Shown here piece by piece: positions 9,953 to 19,774 of a stretch of 32,537 nucleotides of DNA. Numbering within the stretch: the stretch's first letter is position 1; every line of letters begins with the position of its first letter. The stretch comes from an uncultured Muribaculaceae bacterium (GTDB lineage Bacteria > Bacillota_I > Bacilli_A > RF39 > UBA660): positions 1-32,537 of the forward strand of contig CAZIDO010000003.1 of assembly GCA_964538005.1 (NCBI GenBank), read 5' to 3'. The position numbers and the translations under genes were made by a program. Below the pieces are notes generated by a model, which was given only the letters and a program-made list of their open reading frames with translations, had not been told where the DNA came from and did no database searches.

Positions 9953-10846
9953 TTAATGATTTTCTAAATATTGTTTAACTTTAACTGGGTTATTAGTAAT
10001 AACTCCGTCAGCGCCTTTATCAGCAAAATTTGTAATTCGTTCTCTACTTTCTAAATGTGGTGGCGACCATGTCCAAGCATATAATTTAGCGTTACAAAAT
10101 TGCTTACGATATAATGCATAATCATTGCCTACTGACGTATTTTCCCACATTTCTGAAGATATAGAAGCAAAGTCCATAGCGTCATTTTCTTCTATGGTAA
10201 AGAATCCATTTGCATCTTTAAATTTTTTAGTATTCATTCGACTTAGTACTAAACCCAGTTGTGTACTAGAATCTAAATGTCCTGAATTACGTAAATTAAT
10301 TAAACTTCTTACTAGTAATTCATCAAAACTTTGAGCCATAATTGCTGTAGGTGAATTATTAAGTGAAGTAATTAAACTTTCTAACGCGGCTGGATTACAT
10401 TCGTTGTTGGCCAAAGTACTTTTAATATCAACTATTAAGTTTTTTCGAAATGCAAACATACTGATAATATCATCTAAAGTTAATAGTCCTTTGCTTTGTA
10501 GTTCATTTAAAGTTTGATGTTTAATTAATCTGCCCCCACAAAACATTCCATGTGAGCATATCCATTGGTTATCTTTAGTTGTTCTAAAATCAAGTTCAAC
10601 GGTATCAATATCCTTAACTAAATTATAATCAAATAAAGCATTTTGATAACTTTTCCATAATTGTGTAGTGTTTCCAACCGACCTAGCAGTATTAAAACGG
10701 TCTTCAGCTAATTTTAGTCTATCTAATGAACTGCTTAACAATCCTAAGTTTTCAGTTAGTGACTTACCAGAATATCCATGTATTAAGCCACGATGAGAAA
10801 TTAAGTTAAAATCAAATGGTGAATCATTTTTTTGTAAAGATAACAT
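9953..10846 (-). CDS. Glycerophosphodiester phosphodiesterase family protein
   Basis: ISHRGL, ELDFRTTKDNQWICSHG and C-terminal GADGVITNNP match GDPD motifs. Start set at the ATG at 10846, preceded by AAGGGAG. The track ORF starts at 10876. Confidence 0.7.
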   Translation of the reverse strand: MLSLQKNDSPFDFNLISHRGLIHGYSGKSLTENLGLLSSSLDRLKLAEDRFNTARSVGNTTQLWKSYQNALFDYNLVKDIDTVELDFRTTKDNQWICSHGMFCGGRLIKHQTLNELQSKGLLTLDDIISMFAFRKNLIVDIKSTLANNECNPAALESLITSLNNSPTAIMAQSFDELLVRSLINLRNSGHLDSSTQLGLVLSRMNTKKFKDANGFFTIEENDAMDFASISSEMWENTSVGNDYALYRKQFCNAKLYAWTWSPPHLESRERITNFADKGADGVITNNPVKVKQYLENH

Positions 10847-10929
10847 AGTACCACTCCCTTTGAAAATATTATACACACATATAATTATATGTCAAACCAT
10901 CATTTTTATCTTTTTCCACAATAAAAGAA

Positions 10930-10945
10930 TCATTAAATTTAATGA
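10930..10945 (-). terminator. Weak AT-rich hairpin after the RDD/DUF4097 gene
   Basis: Palindrome tcattaaatttaatga followed on the minus strand by TTCTTTTATT. Confidence 0.25.
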
Positions 10946-10956
10946 CCCTTTTATAT

Positions 10957-12246
10957 TTATTTTACTTTTATATTGCCAGTACCTGTTTTTATGGTTAATT
11001 TGCTTTTAGCGAATCTATTATTATTTTCAATTTTACTATTACCATCTTTGGTATACGCATCTATATAGATATTATTTATTTTTCCAACATTTATGTTTCC
11101 GTCTTCGCTTTTTATCACTGAATTACCAATTCCATTTATTTCTTTTATATTAATATCTCCCATATCAGTTGATATAATTAATTGGTAATTTACTTTATCA
11201 ATATCGATATTTCCATAACTCGTTTGAATATAAAGGGCCTTTAGTAATCTATCTGGTAAATAAATATCAATACCATCATAATAAGTAGGTAAAATGTTGT
11301 CAGTGCTTTTAGTAACTATTAAAGTATTATTGCGAATATAACTAGCGCTAAATTCTGTTTTTTTACCATATACAATCACTTTTATTTTGTCATTGTCAGA
11401 CTCTTTTATATTTATAAAGCTATCATCAACAGTAACTTTTAAAGCACTTATATTATTTGAATTAAACTCTCGCTCATTTAAAATTGTTTTAGGTAAAGTA
11501 TTTGGGTCCTTGGTTACTAATGTGAATATTATCAATATAATTGTAATAATTACAGCTACCCATATTAAGAGCTTTTTTTTATTTTTAGGTGCAATAATAA
11601 AATGATGAATCAAATATGTGCTTATTAATATTAACATAATTATAAATATTAGCATCCATAAATTGTTGTCTAAACTATCAACTGCAATTACTAAATAAGT
11701 GAATGCAACTAAATATAATATTAAACTTATTATAACCGTTTGAAGATTTTTATTTTTTGTTGGTGTTTTTATTATGTCTTTTGTTTCAATAATTGGCTTT
11801 TCCTTTTGATTTAATCCTTGTTTTTCATTTGAATTGTCAACTTTAATTTGACTTTCAAGTGGAATTACCGTATCAACAACTTTTGTTTTAAAAATGAAAT
11901 CTTCTATTTTTTTGTTGCAAATTATTAATAAAGCGGTACTTATAGGCCACAAAAATATTAAAACATTTCTAAATACTATAATTGTTTTTTTAGGCATTTC
12001 ATTATTATCAGTTAGGATTTGTATCCTTAATATTTTTTTACCAATACTTGCATTTTTAAATATTAAATCTTTTGTTAGAAGTAAGATATAACCTATTAGA
12101 ATATAACTACTTAAAATAAGTAATTCACTTTTTTGTTCAGTAAAAATCAAAAATATTAAAAATATTAATGTACTTAAAAATGAACTTACAAACATTATAA
12201 TGAAAAAATCTATTAAAAATGCAACTATACGCCTTAATATATTCAT
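10957..12246 (-). CDS. Membrane protein: N-terminal RDD domain, central TM bundle, C-terminal DUF4097-like beta-helix (putative adhesin/LiaG-YvlB type)
   Basis: MNILRRIVAFLIDFFI... is RDD-like. Several TM helices. The C-terminus has periodic GNIDI / GDINI / GNINV / GNIKV turns. RBS GAGGT. Confidence 0.65.
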   Translation of the reverse strand: MNILRRIVAFLIDFFIIMFVSSFLSTLIFLIFLIFTEQKSELLILSSYILIGYILLLTKDLIFKNASIGKKILRIQILTDNNEMPKKTIIVFRNVLIFLWPISTALLIICNKKIEDFIFKTKVVDTVIPLESQIKVDNSNEKQGLNQKEKPIIETKDIIKTPTKNKNLQTVIISLILYLVAFTYLVIAVDSLDNNLWMLIFIIMLILISTYLIHHFIIAPKNKKKLLIWVAVIITIILIIFTLVTKDPNTLPKTILNEREFNSNNISALKVTVDDSFINIKESDNDKIKVIVYGKKTEFSASYIRNNTLIVTKSTDNILPTYYDGIDIYLPDRLLKALYIQTSYGNIDIDKVNYQLIISTDMGDINIKEINGIGNSVIKSEDGNINVGKINNIYIDAYTKDGNSKIENNNRFAKSKLTIKTGTGNIKVK

Positions 12247-12259
12247 AATTTTACCTCGC

Positions 12260-12960
12260 TTAATTTTTATTAATAAGTCTTACTATATAACTAGAAATAT
12301 TAGCTGGTAAGACAAAATATGAACATTGAATGATAGAATCTGTATTTTGATGCGGATATACTATAACTTTTCCAGATAAACTTATATTTATTCTCCCGAC
12401 AGTTTTATATATCGGATAATTGTCAAAATAAATATTTACTATAATTTCCTCATTTCTGAATTCTTCTCTTATCTGTTGTTCACAATCAGTGCTATCTCTT
12501 AACAAACTTTTAAATTGATTTGTTATTTGTTTATCTGTTATTTTTATATTTTTATTTTATTTATTTTCTAAAACTATTGTTGTGTTTTTTCCATATATAT
12601 TTGGTAATTGGATACCCTTTTTCATTAGAAAATGTTTATCAGATAATGAATTATAATTAATTTGTATAAAGTTTACTGCTGAATCGTTTTCATAAATTGC
12701 TATTTTAGTATTTGTTCTTTGATATGAAACAGTTTCTAAATCAATGGGGGAACTATCTGCATAAGCTTTATCTGTTTTTATAATTTTTCCCACAGGATGC
12801 CAATACAATGCTTCTTCATATACTTCTCCATTATAGTACGCATATTTATAGTTATCTTTTATAAACGAAAACGCTATTATCCAAAAAAATAAATATATCC
12901 CTATCGTTATAATAAGAGTTCCAGTCCCAGCAATTATTATAGTTTTTTTATTTTTTTCAT
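12260..12960 (-). pseudogene. Decayed small membrane-anchored protein gene (one A-run frameshift plus one in-frame TAA)
   Basis: The ATG at 12960 reads MKKIKKL then stops. The -1 frame is open from there (…KKTIIIAGTGTLIITIGIYLFFWIIAFSF…, a TM anchor) into track ORF 12557-12808. That ORF and 12260-12505 share a frame and are split by a single TAA (12557-12559). Neither downstream piece has an ATG or SD of its own. Confidence 0.45.
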
Positions 12961-13010
12961 TCTATCATCCAATAATTAATGTTTAAAATATCTACTATTT
13001 AATAATCATG

Positions 13011-13613
13011 TTATGGTATAAAATAATTTGTTCTTATTCCATACTTTTCAAATAAAAATTTTCTATTTTCATTTGTCAGACCTTTTAAAACATTTGGCAT
13101 CTGTTCCACTATCTTTTCATATAAGTTATTTTTACTCACTGAAAGGTCAAGTGGTTTTTTTGAATCTGTCAGCCAATTACTTATCAATTTATATTTTTTA
13201 GTTTTAGTTATAATTCCTATTTGATGTATGAAATCACCAGTACCATTTCTAACCATCAATTTTGCCTTTTTATAAATTAACAATATATCATCATTTTTAA
13301 TAAATTCTAAATTATAGATATTTACAATATAATTATCAGTTAAAATATTGAAACCGTTTTTATAAAGAACATTGTCTAATTCGTCATTAATCAATTTCTT
13401 GTTATTTAATTTTAAAAATCTATAACTTGGTAATATCCACTTTAATAGTTCACTAATAATTACTATTGACATAATAAAAATAACAACTTGTAATGCTAAG
13501 GAAAATAAAGATAACTTGAGTTGGAAAACAAGTATCAAAAATAAAAATGCTAAAAATATTTGAGAAAATTTTATTAAACTAAATTTTACATACACTTTAT
13601 TTATATTTTTCAT
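13011..13613 (-). CDS. Two-TM membrane protein; candidate immunity protein for the Rhs C-terminal toxin
   Basis: 200 aa, ATG with AGGAGA RBS, 41 nt downstream of the Rhs stop. TM hairpin approx aa 16-58, then a ~140-aa soluble domain. The immunity role is inferred from position only. Confidence 0.6.
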   Translation of the reverse strand: MKNINKVYVKFSLIKFSQIFLAFLFLILVFQLKLSLFSLALQVVIFIMSIVIISELLKWILPSYRFLKLNNKKLINDELDNVLYKNGFNILTDNYIVNIYNLEFIKNDDILLIYKKAKLMVRNGTGDFIHQIGIITKTKKYKLISNWLTDSKKPLDLSVSKNNLYEKIVEQMPNVLKGLTNENRKFLFEKYGIRTNYFIP

Positions 13614-13654
13614 ATAACGATTCTCCTGTTCAATATTAATTTATTATAAAGGCT

Positions 13655-16600
13655 TTACCGAGGAACATTATATCCAAATTTCACATGCCCACCGGCAAAG
13701 TAGTGAAAGTCATAATCAATTCCAATAAATATTTCTTCATTTGACGCCTCGATTGAAAAAATGTTTTTAATAGAAAAAGCTATACTATTACTATGTTTTG
13801 ACTCAGGACAATTAAATTGTTCTATTTCATTAATACTAATATGTTGGTCGTTAGTAGTGAAAGGATATGGATGATCATAATTATGAGTTAGTACAAATGG
13901 ACCAATGGTTACTGATAGGCAATTTTCAACTATTTGCTTTGTACCATTCACGGTTTCAACAGTGCTTATATCGTTGTATGCACTAAAAGGTATTTTGGGG
14001 TTGGATATACCAGTACCATATCCATAACTAGCAACATAATTATTTTTGTTAATAATGCTTCCGACTTTGGTAGCAGTTTTTTTCCCAATATTAACAACAC
14101 TTTTTACTGCGTTAACTACTTTCTTTACAACTTTTGCAACCTTTTTCACAACTTTTTTAGTTGTCTTTTTTATCCAATTCCATATGGCTCCACGTCCACT
14201 TGAATCTACCTTGTTTATTGGATCATTATCTACATATGCATATAAATTATTTCCTGTTAATGAATTATTTTGTATCATTACATTATCAGCATTAATAAAT
14301 CTTCCCCATTTTGGATTATAATATCTACTATTTAAATAGTATAATTTTGTTTCTTTATCATAGTAATAACTTCTATATCTAAATGGATTTATATGCGCTA
14401 CATGTTTTTCATCAATTATATCATTATTGTCTTTATTTTTTATTGATATAATGTTTCCCCAACTATCATATTGGTATTTGGCAACCAAATTATAATTGCT
14501 ATCTAGTAGTCCTATTATATCATCTTGGTTGTTTTTTAAATAATAATATAGCTTTTCATTATATTTAAATCCAATTAAATCATCTATATCATTATGTATA
14601 TAGTATATCACAGCACTACCAATATTTTCAAATATTATTTTATTCCCTTCTAAAAGGTATACAGTTTTTAAACCATTAACAACTTTACTTGTTCTAATAC
14701 CATTATTATCATATTTATAATTTATTATATAATTTGAATCTGAATATGAATTTAATTTCCTACCATTTATCCAAGATAGTGAAGCATCTCCAATTGTTAG
14801 AGGGTTACCTATTTCATCATAAGTTATTTCTTGATTATTAAATTTAGTTAATTGGTCTTTCCATTTTAAATTGTTATATTCATATATATCCTGATCAATT
14901 AAATTATCAGTACCTAGCTCAAATATTTTTTTGAAAAGTATATTACCTAAATTGTCATAAGTATATTTAACTGTCTGATTAGTTAAATAATTATCTTCAC
15001 TAATAAGTTCATTGTATTCATCATAATAATACTTATTTTCTAAAATACCATTATGATATATATGGGTTATGTTATTTAGTTTATCAAATCTATATGAAAA
15101 TTCAGCATCATTCATGGTAAACTTTTTAACTAAAGTAGATGTTCTTCTACCATTTGTAACATACTCATAATTAGTTTTAATTTTATTATCAATATTACTT
15201 GACTCTATTCTGCCTAGGTTGTCATAAGCATAATTAACTTCATTTGAATCAAAAATCATTTTAGTAAGAGCATCATCTTCATCATATATTTTTTTTACTT
15301 CTTTTGAAAAGATAGGTCCATCATATTCAATGTCTGTTATATTACTATTTATATCATATTTATATTTAATTCCAAACTCATTACTTCTATATTCAATTAA
15401 TCTTTTTCCAAGATCATATTTATAATTATAAACATCATCGTTTGATATTACTTTTAATAAATCCCCATTATTTCCATATTTAAAATTATAAGTGTTATCC
15501 ATTTTATTAATAGTTTTTACTCTATCAAATTCGTCATATTCAAAATTAATTGTTTGATTATTCCCATATATGGTTGTTAATAAATTACCATTACCTCCCT
15601 CATAGTTATTAGTAATAAGTGATATATCATCACCAATTTTAATTGATTTCGTATTTAAAAATTCATCATATATAAAATTATAATCTCTTGTTTCTTGGGT
15701 AATTTTACTTAATAGATTATTATCATTATAATTATATTCTACTTCTCTATTTCCATTTTTAATTGATATAGGTCTTCTTTTGCTATCATACTCATAATTA
15801 GTTGTTTGATTTTTAGCATTAGTAACTGATTTAGTTATTCCTGTAATTAAATCTATATCATAAGTGGTTTCATTGAGATTACTATCTGTAACACTTTTAA
15901 TAAATTTTCCATCTTCGGTATATTTCGTATACGTTTCAATGAATTCTTTCTCATTGTTGGTTTCAAAGAAAAATTCAAAACTAGAGTCTTCATCAACAAA
16001 GAACTCACCAATTAAATTTTTATCTTCTACTTTTACATATTTATTATCTTTTTTTACGGCTAATGAATAACTACCATTCTTATTTTTAATTAAAGTAAAT
16101 AATGAATTATCGCCATTAAATACGGTTAATAGTAATTCATCATTATAAATAGTAAAGTATTTATCAGGAACAAGTGAGTGACTTATTTTATAATACTCAT
16201 CTATTTTTTCTAGCTTCCATAAATCATGATGACTGCATTCTTCTTTTAATTTTATAGAGTTCATAATATTCCTTAAATATAAATTGGTTCCCTTTGCTCT
16301 TATTTTATATAATCCTTCAGTTATTTCGCCATTAATACCTTTTTTGTTTACTCTAGTTACGACTGGATTATTATTTATATCATATTTTATTTCACTACAA
16401 ATACCCATTTCTGAGATACTATTAATTAATCTGTCAGGAACATTATTGTCATATTCATACATTAATTTTTTACCTTTTGGATTAGTTGAATTTATTAGCT
16501 GATTATTTTTGTTGTATTCAAAAGAACTAACTTCCTTATTAGTACCAACTACAGTTTTTAAATTACCTTTAGTATCATAATCGTAGCCACTTGAACTTAC

Positions 16601-19600
16601 ACTTTTAAACAAAGATAAATTAGTTATATATAATTCATTTGCATCACCTTCCTGATTGAGATAAATCTTGAATTTATTATAACCCGCTTCTGTGGTATAT
16701 GATGCTGAAAAATATTGCCATTCTTCCTCACTTGGATTTAAATAAGTTATTGGTACACCGTGTTGGGTATGCCAATCATCTGGATCATTGTAAAAGATTT
16801 GAAGCCATACTGCACTACCATTAATTGCTCCTAAACCATCTGCTGAAATCCCCTTATTTTTATACCAGAATGATATTTGATATTCATCATCTTTTTCTCC
16901 ACCAATATTAAATTCTTTTGACATATATGTATCATATTCTGGATCCATTTTTATTTTTAAAGCTTTGTTACCATCTTCTAAAGTAACTACTTCGTGACGT
17001 GTTGAATCATTATCAGAACTACCATATTCCCAGTCACCTAAACCATTTTTAAAATCAGAATTTTCTAAATAATTAAAATGATTGACAACTTCTCCCTGTT
17101 CTAACTGAATATCATCCATATATGATGTTCCACTACTTGTAAAATATATTTTTAATGATAAATCACTAACTGAATCAAGAGGATAGTAAATTGTAACGTC
17201 AGTTCTATTAAACCCATCATTAATTGGTACCCACTTACCTTTTTCTTCAACTATTTTATTATCAGCATCTAAATATGAAAGACCAATTCTTACACTATTA
17301 TTGTTTTTAATAAATGCACTAAAAGTATAGTAATTGCCTTTTTTAACACTTACATTTTGGATAACTTCTTTTTCAGCTTCAGTACGAACCATTTTTAAAC
17401 TTTTTAGTCCGCTATTAGCGCATTCCTCTGATATACTCAATTCCACACCGTCGGTAGGTTGAAAATAAATATTATCTGTTTCAAAACTAATGTTTTTCAG
17501 TAAATTATTAACATATTTAACTGGTATTTTATTTGATATTAATTTATTTTTGTATTCATCGTATTCACCATATCTATGGACTGTTCCATAAGCATTAGAA
17601 ATATTATTTTTATCTTTTAAATTACTAGTGCACACAGGATTACCTTCTTCATTGAAACTAATTACTGTAGCTCTATTTTTGTTATCAATAATTGTTGTGG
17701 ATTTATTGCCATATTCAATTGTAAAATAAGCTCCATTTTGATTATTTATTCCATATTCTGTTACTTTCTTTATTTTATATGGTTTTTGTTCATAATATTC
17801 GTAATTCATACTGGTGCCATCAATATCAGTTATTTTATTTATTAAATTACTTTCATTGTAAGTAAAATAAGTATATCCCTCTAAATTTAAAATACTATTA
17901 ATTTTGCCATTAGTATAATTTAAAGTTACTGTTTTATCTGGACTGATAATTGAAATTTTATCTGTTTCATATGTTATATTTATTTTTTGATTATTAGCGT
18001 CAATTATTTCCCCAATCAAGTTATTAGAATTATAATTAATTGTAATAAAATTACCTTTTATATCTTTTATTTCAGATAAATAACCTATATTATTTCTTTT
18101 GCTAAATTTCATATTATTGCCATATTTATCTTTTAAAATATAGTAATCTGAATTTACTTCAATCTCCATATTTAAATTGTCTTCATCTTGGTAAATACCA
18201 TTTTCTTCGTAAAAATAATGTAATGTTCCATCTTCATCGAAATATTGAAGATAATTGGTAGTACCTATAGTTTCAGGCTTTATAGTTTGCCATAAATTAA
18301 ATTTATAACCAATTCCTATTCCATTATCATTATTTAAAACCACATCATTGGTATTATAATATAAGCTTAAATTAGCTGGCATTTTACCACCTATAGTTGA
18401 ACCTAGTCCAAATGCAGCAATAAGATTTCCATTATATGTATTTTCATAAACCGTACCATTATTAAATGATTGTGATTGATAGTTCATATAACTTTCTAAT
18501 CCATTTTGGTTACGATAAACTATTTGTAATCTTGGGTGAGGACTGTCACCAGTAATTGTATTATTTTTAGAATAAAATGCTGGAAGCATGTTTTGATCAT
18601 ATACTTCTTTATGAGATTTTATCATTATGCCATTATTAGGAGTTCCTGTATACCATTTTTTAACTAATGATGTTATATTCCCTCTAGAGTATGAAGGGAT
18701 AATATGGGTTGTAATAACATTACCTTCCCAAGTATATTCCTCATAACTTCTGGAACACCAAAATGCCGCCTCAATTCTCGCATCATATTTGTCATTCATA
18801 TTAGACCAATTGGCTCCGGTTTCTGTAAAATCAGTAGTTAATCGATGTACATCAACCAACTTTATACTATCTGTTCGTGGCATCAATGTATAATCAACTA
18901 AATTAATGTTAGCTTCATAGATTTGACTACCTGTTCCTATGGTCGGAAGTTCAAACTTTAAAAGGGTTCTATTTATAACATCATTGCCATTTACTTTCTC
19001 TACTCCGGCCTTTAAAATATCTTGACTATTTCTATCAACATTTGTGTCCCATGGATAAATATAAGTATCATACACATTGTTTTTAGTATCAGTTGAAATA
19101 GTTGGATCGATAATTACAGGATATAAAGTATTACTATCTTTTAACCATTCTGCATCTAAAACCAGATCAAGTTTATAGTAATCTTTCATCTTTGTTAATT
19201 TATAATTAATGTTATTATTTGTTTTATTATTAGCATCAATCATATAAGGCCCATCTAAAGTAAATAAAATTTGATTGTTTTTTAAAACAACTATGTTTTT
19301 ATTTCCAAGTTCTAAATCTAAATCAGTTTTTAATACAAAACTTAATTCGCCTATATTACCCCTATCTTTTAAAATGAAACTTTCTTTTATTTTAGTAGAA
19401 AGTATTTTATATTCTAAATCGATATTTTCAAAAACATTTTCATATTTAATTTTTGAAACAAATTTTGAAGATGTTTCTGTTAAATTTATAGGCACCCTAT
19501 TTCCATCAACTAATTCAATGCTTAAATAGTGGTTATCAATCTCAAATTTCATTAAAGTTCCTGCACTATTTTCTTTAAAATAAGTTTTGTATGAATTATT

Positions 19601-19774
19601 CTTATTAATGTAATAATTATTTTGTTTAATTAATGTATTATCAATTTCCTCATATTTTCCATCTTTTATAAAATGAATATCGTCGGAATACATTTTAGCT
19701 ATAATAGTACCATTTTCTTGGAGAAAATGTTTTTCTTTTTTACCCCTTTTATCTAACAGTTCTATTTCTTTCAT
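13655..19774 (-). CDS. Rhs/YD-repeat polymorphic toxin, 2039 aa
   Basis: Many YD repeats (YEYDSKRRP, YAYDNLGRI, YTYDNLGNI, YKYDNNGIR, YQYDSWGNI ...). Rhs-associated core NPFRYRSYYYDKETKLYYLNSRYYNPKWGRFINAD...NLYAYVDNDPINKVDSSGR at aa 1796-1861. DNRLRE-like N-terminal module (…VINRTLLKFELP…). 178-aa variable C-terminus. Confidence 0.95.
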   Translation of the reverse strand: MKEIELLDKRGKKEKHFLQENGTIIAKMYSDDIHFIKDGKYEEIDNTLIKQNNYYINKNNSYKTYFKENSAGTLMKFEIDNHYLSIELVDGNRVPINLTETSSKFVSKIKYENVFENIDLEYKILSTKIKESFILKDRGNIGELSFVLKTDLDLELGNKNIVVLKNNQILFTLDGPYMIDANNKTNNNINYKLTKMKDYYKLDLVLDAEWLKDSNTLYPVIIDPTISTDTKNNVYDTYIYPWDTNVDRNSQDILKAGVEKVNGNDVINRTLLKFELPTIGTGSQIYEANINLVDYTLMPRTDSIKLVDVHRLTTDFTETGANWSNMNDKYDARIEAAFWCSRSYEEYTWEGNVITTHIIPSYSRGNITSLVKKWYTGTPNNGIMIKSHKEVYDQNMLPAFYSKNNTITGDSPHPRLQIVYRNQNGLESYMNYQSQSFNNGTVYENTYNGNLIAAFGLGSTIGGKMPANLSLYYNTNDVVLNNDNGIGIGYKFNLWQTIKPETIGTTNYLQYFDEDGTLHYFYEENGIYQDEDNLNMEIEVNSDYYILKDKYGNNMKFSKRNNIGYLSEIKDIKGNFITINYNSNNLIGEIIDANNQKINITYETDKISIISPDKTVTLNYTNGKINSILNLEGYTYFTYNESNLINKITDIDGTSMNYEYYEQKPYKIKKVTEYGINNQNGAYFTIEYGNKSTTIIDNKNRATVISFNEEGNPVCTSNLKDKNNISNAYGTVHRYGEYDEYKNKLISNKIPVKYVNNLLKNISFETDNIYFQPTDGVELSISEECANSGLKSLKMVRTEAEKEVIQNVSVKKGNYYTFSAFIKNNNSVRIGLSYLDADNKIVEEKGKWVPINDGFNRTDVTIYYPLDSVSDLSLKIYFTSSGTSYMDDIQLEQGEVVNHFNYLENSDFKNGLGDWEYGSSDNDSTRHEVVTLEDGNKALKIKMDPEYDTYMSKEFNIGGEKDDEYQISFWYKNKGISADGLGAINGSAVWLQIFYNDPDDWHTQHGVPITYLNPSEEEWQYFSASYTTEAGYNKFKIYLNQEGDANELYITNLSLFKSVSSSGYDYDTKGNLKTVVGTNKEVSSFEYNKNNQLINSTNPKGKKLMYEYDNNVPDRLINSISEMGICSEIKYDINNNPVVTRVNKKGINGEITEGLYKIRAKGTNLYLRNIMNSIKLKEECSHHDLWKLEKIDEYYKISHSLVPDKYFTIYNDELLLTVFNGDNSLFTLIKNKNGSYSLAVKKDNKYVKVEDKNLIGEFFVDEDSSFEFFFETNNEKEFIETYTKYTEDGKFIKSVTDSNLNETTYDIDLITGITKSVTNAKNQTTNYEYDSKRRPISIKNGNREVEYNYNDNNLLSKITQETRDYNFIYDEFLNTKSIKIGDDISLITNNYEGGNGNLLTTIYGNNQTINFEYDEFDRVKTINKMDNTYNFKYGNNGDLLKVISNDDVYNYKYDLGKRLIEYRSNEFGIKYKYDINSNITDIEYDGPIFSKEVKKIYDEDDALTKMIFDSNEVNYAYDNLGRIESSNIDNKIKTNYEYVTNGRRTSTLVKKFTMNDAEFSYRFDKLNNITHIYHNGILENKYYYDEYNELISEDNYLTNQTVKYTYDNLGNILFKKIFELGTDNLIDQDIYEYNNLKWKDQLTKFNNQEITYDEIGNPLTIGDASLSWINGRKLNSYSDSNYIINYKYDNNGIRTSKVVNGLKTVYLLEGNKIIFENIGSAVIYYIHNDIDDLIGFKYNEKLYYYLKNNQDDIIGLLDSNYNLVAKYQYDSWGNIISIKNKDNNDIIDEKHVAHINPFRYRSYYYDKETKLYYLNSRYYNPKWGRFINADNVMIQNNSLTGNNLYAYVDNDPINKVDSSGRGAIWNWIKKTTKKVVKKVAKVVKKVVNAVKSVVNIGKKTATKVGSIINKNNYVASYGYGTGISNPKIPFSAYNDISTVETVNGTKQIVENCLSVTIGPFVLTHNYDHPYPFTTNDQHISINEIEQFNCPESKHSNSIAFSIKNIFSIEASNEEIFIGIDYDFHYFAGGHVKFGYNVPR

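Noticed and set aside
7758-10930. Shared 13-mer acaataaaagaat upstream of hup (7758-7770) and of the GDPD gene (10918-10930), with a similar cacaataaaag at about 21845
   Set aside because: In about 65 kb (both strands) of ~70% AT sequence, many chance 13-mer matches are expected. There is no consistent spacing to starts and no match to a known sigma consensus.
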